Source: a virus
Taxonomy: Duplodnaviria > Caudoviricetes
Virus record (IMG/VR): IMGVR_UViG_3300021185_003222
Span: 1 to 59,096 of that record
Reading direction: 5' to 3' (one strand)
Length of the DNA stretch: 59,096 nt
A program made the position numbers and the translations under genes. Shown here one piece after another: positions 55,180 through 59,096 of the stretch (positions within the stretch are counted from its first letter, which is position 1; each line of letters starts with the position of its first letter). The notes below the pieces were generated by a model, which saw only the letters and a program-made list of their open reading frames with translations, was not told the DNA's origin and did no database searches.

Positions 55180-55618
55180 ATGTAACCACAATATTCCACA
55201 AGCAAGATTAGATCTTGGCTATACTGAGTGTGTTGATTGCTCAACAGTAGAAAAACTCGGTTGTATCGACACTATTCATCACAAAACAGGCAACACTATT
55301 CAAGTAATGTCACGTGAAGATGCAGACAAAGCTAGTAAGCTCACTCAAAGAGCAGGCTTTGGCATACTAAGATCCATGGCAGGTGGTTCAAGTCAACGTA
55401 AACCTAAGTATAAATACGATGGATGCTCAACTACTTATGTAGGTAACGACAATATGTTCGAGCAAGTAGGTAAAACTTACATCGATTTCTTAGATGTTGA
55501 CAAAGAAATTGCAGAGCGCTATCTCGATCGAGCGCTAAACAATCTAGAAATATCTCAATTACAATATAATAAGATAAAACTACTTTGTAACAGACTAAAT
55601 ACGATCACTATTAGATAA
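55175..55618 (+). CDS. Protein with N-terminal DksA/TraR-like zinc-finger fragment
   Basis: CNHNIPQARLDLGYTECVDC matches the C..IP..RL.......C..C pattern. Confidence 0.55.
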   Translation: MKCNHNIPQARLDLGYTECVDCSTVEKLGCIDTIHHKTGNTIQVMSREDADKASKLTQRAGFGILRSMAGGSSQRKPKYKYDGCSTTYVGNDNMFEQVGKTYIDFLDVDKEIAERYLDRALNNLEISQLQYNKIKLLCNRLNTITIR

Positions 55619-55620
55619 TA
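55590..55620 (+). promoter_or_regulatory. Early promoter-like motif copy 7
   Basis: ACAGACTAAATAC-N10-AGATAATA. Confidence 0.8.
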
Positions 55621-55633
55621 TATTAAATAATAT

Positions 55634-55792
55634 ATGAATAAAATAACAAAACAACTCGAAAACTTGTATTCTTGGACAAAATTCTATCAAGATCGAGGTA
55701 ATAAAGAAGCAATTAGAAAGTGTCAAACTGAAATAGCCCAGTTGAAAATGGCTTTTAACCAACTAAAATCTAACAAAAATGGCAAAAAATAG
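55634..55792 (+). CDS. Early hypothetical protein (52 aa)
   Basis: Read manually: MNKITKQLENLYSWTKFYQDRGNKEAIRKCQTEIAQLKMAFNQLKSNKNGKK. Confidence 0.55.
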   Translation: MNKITKQLENLYSWTKFYQDRGNKEAIRKCQTEIAQLKMAFNQLKSNKNGKK

Positions 55793-56171
55793 AACGCTAA
55801 ACGAAATTAGACAATCAAAAGAGTATCAACAAGCTGTTGAACTAAGTGATCAAGGCGGTAAGTATACTGTTCCAAGTAAAGGCCACGCTGCTGTAGCTTT
55901 AAAAGAATTAAAAGGTGAAAACTTTTATGAAAATCCTTTTTCTCATGCAGATGTAGACGAAACTGTTGAAACAATAGTAGAAAAGCTAGATGGTCACATG
56001 TATGACTTAATATTTCAAGCAGTTTGTGATGAAATGAATAATCACTATGTATTTGACTCAACAGAATACTTAACTCAAGCAGGTTTAGAACTATTTGAAG
56101 ACGAATGGTTCGAGTTTTATCATGAAAATCATGGTAGAATAATTAATAAACTACTAAAAAACTTAAAATAA
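55779..56171 (+). CDS. Early acidic hypothetical protein
   Basis: 130-aa ORF. Confidence 0.6.
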   Translation: MAKNRTLNEIRQSKEYQQAVELSDQGGKYTVPSKGHAAVALKELKGENFYENPFSHADVDETVETIVEKLDGHMYDLIFQAVCDEMNNHYVFDSTEYLTQAGLELFEDEWFEFYHENHGRIINKLLKNLK

Positions 56172-56365
56172 TGAAGAAATTTAACGGAATGGAGTCAAAT
56201 CTTATTATAGATGCGCTACAATTTTATGTAGCTCAAGTAGAAAAAGATATATTAGAATTAGAAAAAGAAGGTAAAACATCTATATTTGCACCTGGTTTTT
56301 ATACTATGATCTCAAAAGACTTGAAAGATAAAGTAAAATCTATGACTAAAAAAGCAAAAATATGA
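56171..56365 (+). CDS. Early hypothetical protein
   Basis: 64-aa ORF, coupled both sides. Confidence 0.6.
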   Translation: MKKFNGMESNLIIDALQFYVAQVEKDILELEKEGKTSIFAPGFYTMISKDLKDKVKSMTKKAKI

Positions 56366-56811
56366 ATTACGCTATATTTGACATGGATGATACTCTATGC
56401 ACTTTAGAGCATCGTAGAAACAAAGCGATGGAATCAGGTAGCATGAATTTTAATATATTATTTGATCCTAAGCTAGTTGAATACGACTTACCTGAAGATC
56501 ATGTAGTAGATTTAGCTCAAACACTAAAAATGTTTAATACTAAAATAATAGTAATGACAGCTAGGCCATATTATATGGATATAGCTACACGTAAGTGGTT
56601 GGTTAAGAACAACATACCTTTTGATCAATTAATAACTAAAGAAAAAAATAAAGTATTTCAAAAGTCTAGCTTATGGAAAGAGTCTAAATTACAAGAGCTA
56701 TTAGAAGATATTAGTATTGAACAAATAGTTTTATCTATTGATGACAATATGGATAATCAAGCTATGTTTGAATCTTATGGAATACCAATTTTTAATCCAC
56801 TATTACAATAA
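56362..56811 (+). CDS. HAD-family phosphatase (T4 PseT 3'-phosphatase-like)
   Basis: AIFDMDDTL, VMTARP, WK, SIDDN = HAD motifs I-IV. Confidence 0.8.
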   Translation: MNYAIFDMDDTLCTLEHRRNKAMESGSMNFNILFDPKLVEYDLPEDHVVDLAQTLKMFNTKIIVMTARPYYMDIATRKWLVKNNIPFDQLITKEKNKVFQKSSLWKESKLQELLEDISIEQIVLSIDDNMDNQAMFESYGIPIFNPLLQ

Positions 56812-56813
56812 TT

Positions 56814-56844
56814 ACAAACAAAATACAAACACTATAAGATAATA
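56814..56844 (+). promoter_or_regulatory. Early promoter-like motif copy 8
   Basis: ACAAACAAAATAC-N10-AGATAATA. Confidence 0.8.
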
Positions 56845-56849
56845 TAAAT

Positions 56850-57071
56850 ATGATATACGACAGACTTAAACCACATATCAAAGCCAATATGAAAGAAAAT
56901 GCTAAAGAGTATAAAACTGTAAACTGGCTACTTGATACACTAAAACAAAAACACAGTTATTCTGACTTAACTATCGACGAAATAAGATCTATATGTACAT
57001 TTGGCGATGTATGGTATCACGATCTAACTCAAAGAGACATTATATGGGGTGATTGGCTAACAAATAAATAA
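56850..57071 (+). CDS. Early hypothetical protein
   Basis: 73-aa ORF starting 5 nt after motif copy 8. Confidence 0.6.
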   Translation: MIYDRLKPHIKANMKENAKEYKTVNWLLDTLKQKHSYSDLTIDEIRSICTFGDVWYHDLTQRDIIWGDWLTNK

Positions 57072-57072
57072 A

Positions 57073-57420
57073 ATGACAGAAGAAAAACTAGCAATAGAAA
57101 CACTCACTGCACTAGGTTGCAAAGATGTTACAACAAATAGACAAAAGAAAAACGGTACAACTTGTTTTGAATTACCTACAGGTGACATTGTTTCTGAACA
57201 TAAAACGGGTTATATTAGAAAATATATGACTTGGAAAGGTAAGAAAATAACCTGTTATCAACTAAATCCACAATACAAAACTCCATATAAAATGATTTGG
57301 TCAAATGGCGAGCTGTATGAAGGAACTCATAACAGAAGAATGTTGATATTTAATAGAGCTGAAAGACTAAAAAGACTTGTATTATATACTATTAAGCAAA
57401 TAAATCAAGCTAATGGATAA
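57073..57420 (+). CDS. Early hypothetical protein
   Basis: 115 aa (DVTTNRQKKNGT...GYIR...CYQLN). Confidence 0.65.
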   Translation: MTEEKLAIETLTALGCKDVTTNRQKKNGTTCFELPTGDIVSEHKTGYIRKYMTWKGKKITCYQLNPQYKTPYKMIWSNGELYEGTHNRRMLIFNRAERLKRLVLYTIKQINQANG

Positions 57421-57505
57421 TGACAAAAGAGACTTAGCGCTAATAATGGCAGTTTTAGCGCTAATGCTATACACAATTTTACTAACTGTCTCAATATTAA
57501 ATTAA
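57413..57505 (+). CDS. 30-aa single-transmembrane peptide
   Basis: Read manually: MDNDKRDLALIMAVLALMLYTILLTVSILN; fills the gap. Confidence 0.45.
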   Translation: MDNDKRDLALIMAVLALMLYTILLTVSILN

Positions 57506-57515
57506 ATTAACTAAC

Positions 57516-57965
57516 ATGGAACAAAAAGAACCAACACAAGAAAAAATAATAGAAGCTGTAAAAAAGTATTACGGCTTAAAAATAGATGAAAACGCTTATA
57601 TGAACGCAGACGTATATGCATACGAAGAAACAACCGCAGATGGTTATTCTGTATATGTTGTAACAGGCGATATGAATAGTGTATGCATAGCTGAAGATGT
57701 GTATTATTATGAAAGTGATATACCGTCAGCAATTATGGAATATGTAGAGTATGCTAATGGCCAATGTACAATATATGCAGATCAATACTTCTTAGATGAT
57801 ATATACTTTGACGATATGTTACTAGAATCATTTCAAGAAGTAGCAGACAAGATATATGACGAAATTATGAATGAAGACAGTGACTACAACTTTGACATGG
57901 CAGAACTGCAATGGTTAAAAGAAGAATTTACTGAATCAGAAGAGATTAATCAGACTGTTAGTTAG
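57516..57965 (+). CDS. Highly acidic, aromatic-rich early protein
   Basis: 149 aa dominated by D/E/Y. Confidence 0.65.
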   Translation: MEQKEPTQEKIIEAVKKYYGLKIDENAYMNADVYAYEETTADGYSVYVVTGDMNSVCIAEDVYYYESDIPSAIMEYVEYANGQCTIYADQYFLDDIYFDDMLLESFQEVADKIYDEIMNEDSDYNFDMAELQWLKEEFTESEEINQTVS

Positions 57966-57983
57966 TTAATAGTAGTTTAGTTT

Positions 57984-58099
57984 CCACGAACATGGTGCCT
58001 TACAATTTAAAATAAGGTCAGCTCGTATTAAACTGTCGTTTTAAATACTCAGAGAGGAGATATTAAAACAGGTTTGGTACGGGCTTTTCGTGGTATGAA
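57984..58099 (+). promoter_or_regulatory. Structured leader element, long copy (three-way junction)
   Basis: CCACGAA/TTCGTGG closing stem, GCCTTA/TAAGGT hairpin, long AGCTCGTA.../...TACGGGCT hairpin, then ATG at 58095. Confidence 0.6.
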
Positions 58100-58310
58100 T
58101 AATATAAATATGATGAAAGCGTTTATGTTGTTAGGAGATCTATCAACTAAACAAGGTGACGAGCTATCAGACATGGCCGTCAAATACCAAGAAAGAATAG
58201 CTTTTGCTACAATGAGAGCTAGTATACCTGATTGGCAACCACCAAGTAATTGGGATAGTCTAAGTAATGAAGAAAAAAACAAAAGACTTAAAAAGTTACA
58301 GTCATTATGA
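58095..58310 (+). CDS. Early hypothetical protein
   Basis: In frame with ORF 58074..58310; ATG 58095 favoured by analogy with 55175; P.NWD.LS.EEK..RL motif. Confidence 0.6.
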   Translation: MNNINMMKAFMLLGDLSTKQGDELSDMAVKYQERIAFATMRASIPDWQPPSNWDSLSNEEKNKRLKKLQSL

Positions 58311-58417
58311 GTTGCAGTTACTGTAACGAACCACTTTCTTTTGAACAAGAAATATACTTTGAAAAACATGTACAAGAAATGCCTTTATGCACACAATGTA
58401 CACTTTTCAATACGTAA
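58307..58417 (+). CDS. 36-aa C4 zinc-finger peptide
   Basis: Read manually: MSCSYCNEPLSFEQEIYFEKHVQEMPLCTQCTLFNT; ATGA overlap. Confidence 0.55.
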   Translation: MSCSYCNEPLSFEQEIYFEKHVQEMPLCTQCTLFNT

Positions 58418-58419
58418 TT

Positions 58420-58450
58420 ACAAACTAAATACAACAACTAACGGATAATA
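58420..58450 (+). promoter_or_regulatory. Early promoter-like motif copy 9
   Basis: ACAAACTAAATAC-N10-GGATAATA. Confidence 0.78.
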
Positions 58451-58455
58451 TTAAT

Positions 58456-58770
58456 ATGAAACAAGACGAAATAGAAAAATTAGCTCAACTATTATTTGAT
58501 AAAATAATGGAAAAGCAAGAACAAGCCGATATAGAATATGCTGACCAAATTCAACAGTTATATAATAACGGTTATGTTATAGAAAAATCTAACAAAAAAG
58601 ACGACATGGAAGGCTTAAACAGTGAGGAAAGACTAGTTGGTGAACTAGCTAGATTACAAACTATCATGATGATATTTGAAGATAAAGAAGAATACGAAAA
58701 AGCAGCTATGATACAGAAGAAAATAGAAATAATAAATAGAAAATTAAATGACGGATCAGGTAAATATTAA
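58456..58770 (+). CDS. Protein with C-terminal UVR (UvrB/C-type) coiled-coil motif
   Basis: FEDKEEYEKAAMIQKKIE resembles the EDYE.AA..RD.I UVR motif. Confidence 0.55.
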   Translation: MKQDEIEKLAQLLFDKIMEKQEQADIEYADQIQQLYNNGYVIEKSNKKDDMEGLNSEERLVGELARLQTIMMIFEDKEEYEKAAMIQKKIEIINRKLNDGSGKY

Positions 58771-59096
58771 AGCTATGCTAGCGCATAAGTATAATGAAGA
58801 TAAAGCAGATTACCCTGCTTATATACAACCAAAACTAGACGGCGTACGTTGTCTATTTACTGCCAATGGCGCGTTCTCTCGTGCTAATAACCAGTTTATG
58901 AACGTAGATCACATAACAAAAGATTTAAAGCCTGTATTTGACAGATACCCTACGCTAATTCTTGATGGCGAACTATACAATCACGGACTAAAAGATGACT
59001 TTGAAAAGATTATATCTCTTGTAAAGAAGAAAAAACCAACAGATGATGACAAAGCAGAAGCTGCAGAACTAGTACAATATCATATATATGATGTAG
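58748..59096 (+). CDS. ATP-dependent DNA ligase (3'-truncated)
   Basis: Read manually: AMLAHKY...IQPKLDGVRC (KxDGxR)...SR...ILDGELY...YHIYDV; runs off the window. Confidence 0.9.
   Translation, partial: MTDQVNIKAMLAHKYNEDKADYPAYIQPKLDGVRCLFTANGAFSRANNQFMNVDHITKDLKPVFDRYPTLILDGELYNHGLKDDFEKIISLVKKKKPTDDDKAEAAELVQYHIYDV

Noticed and set aside
55106-55185. Hammerhead ribozyme (CTGACGA...GAAA with TTACAT/ATGTAA stem III)
   Set aside because: Stem I cannot form next to the core (A-A at the first pair) and stem II breaks after 2 bp; the second copy of the element lacks the core.
55515-55536. AGCGCT...CTCGATCGAG...AGCGCT palindromes
   Set aside because: Inside a coding region, single occurrence, no supporting context.
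57991-58030. Cobalamin riboswitch (ATGGTGCC start, NrdJ in genome)
   Set aside because: No AGGGAA, T-loop or GCnACTG B12-box elements follow.
53695-58375. Minus-strand ORFs in the early region
   Set aside because: Overlap well-packed + strand genes that follow promoter-like motifs.
52247-58450. Repeated motif as a CRISPR array or integron attC array
   Set aside because: Copies are hundreds of nt apart, separated by whole genes, non-palindromic and have a variable core; no cas or integrase gene.
1-59096. tRNA genes and stop-codon reassignment as seen in some crAss-like phages
   Set aside because: No cloverleaf with T-loop seen in intergenic gaps; long genes are intact in the standard code and TAG/TGA serve as stops.

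Overview
About 59 kb of an AT-rich tailed-phage genome. Gene content and order (podovirus-type portal/tail/ejection block, GroEL/GroES, class II RNR, AT-rich leaders without Shine-Dalgarno motifs) resemble marine Flavobacteriia/Bacteroidota podoviruses of the Cellulophaga phi38:1-like, crAss-related kind; this affiliation is recognition, not a database result. Layout: (1) 1-4078, + strand, end of a nucleotide-metabolism arm (MazG-like, endonuclease I-like, NrdJ). (2) 4161-51920, - strand, the whole late/structural arm (fibres, GroEL/ES, lysis, terminase, portal, capsid, tail, three ejection proteins including a 3365-aa multidomain protein). (3) About 51.95-52.3 kb, a divergent control region and probable genome end. 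(4) 52305-59096, + strand, small early genes ending in a truncated ATP-dependent DNA ligase. Main unexplained signals: a 9-copy bipartite promoter-like motif with an invariant 10-nt spacer across the early region; a sigma-region-2-like segment and a P-loop kinase nested inside a HAD phosphatase in the giant ejection protein; a two-copy structured RNA leader with a compensatory base pair; domino-style domain pairing between consecutive fibre genes; a tandem GroES-like protein; and a cluster of SPxK-motif basic proteins around a metallopeptidase. No tRNA, rRNA, CRISPR array or integrase was seen.
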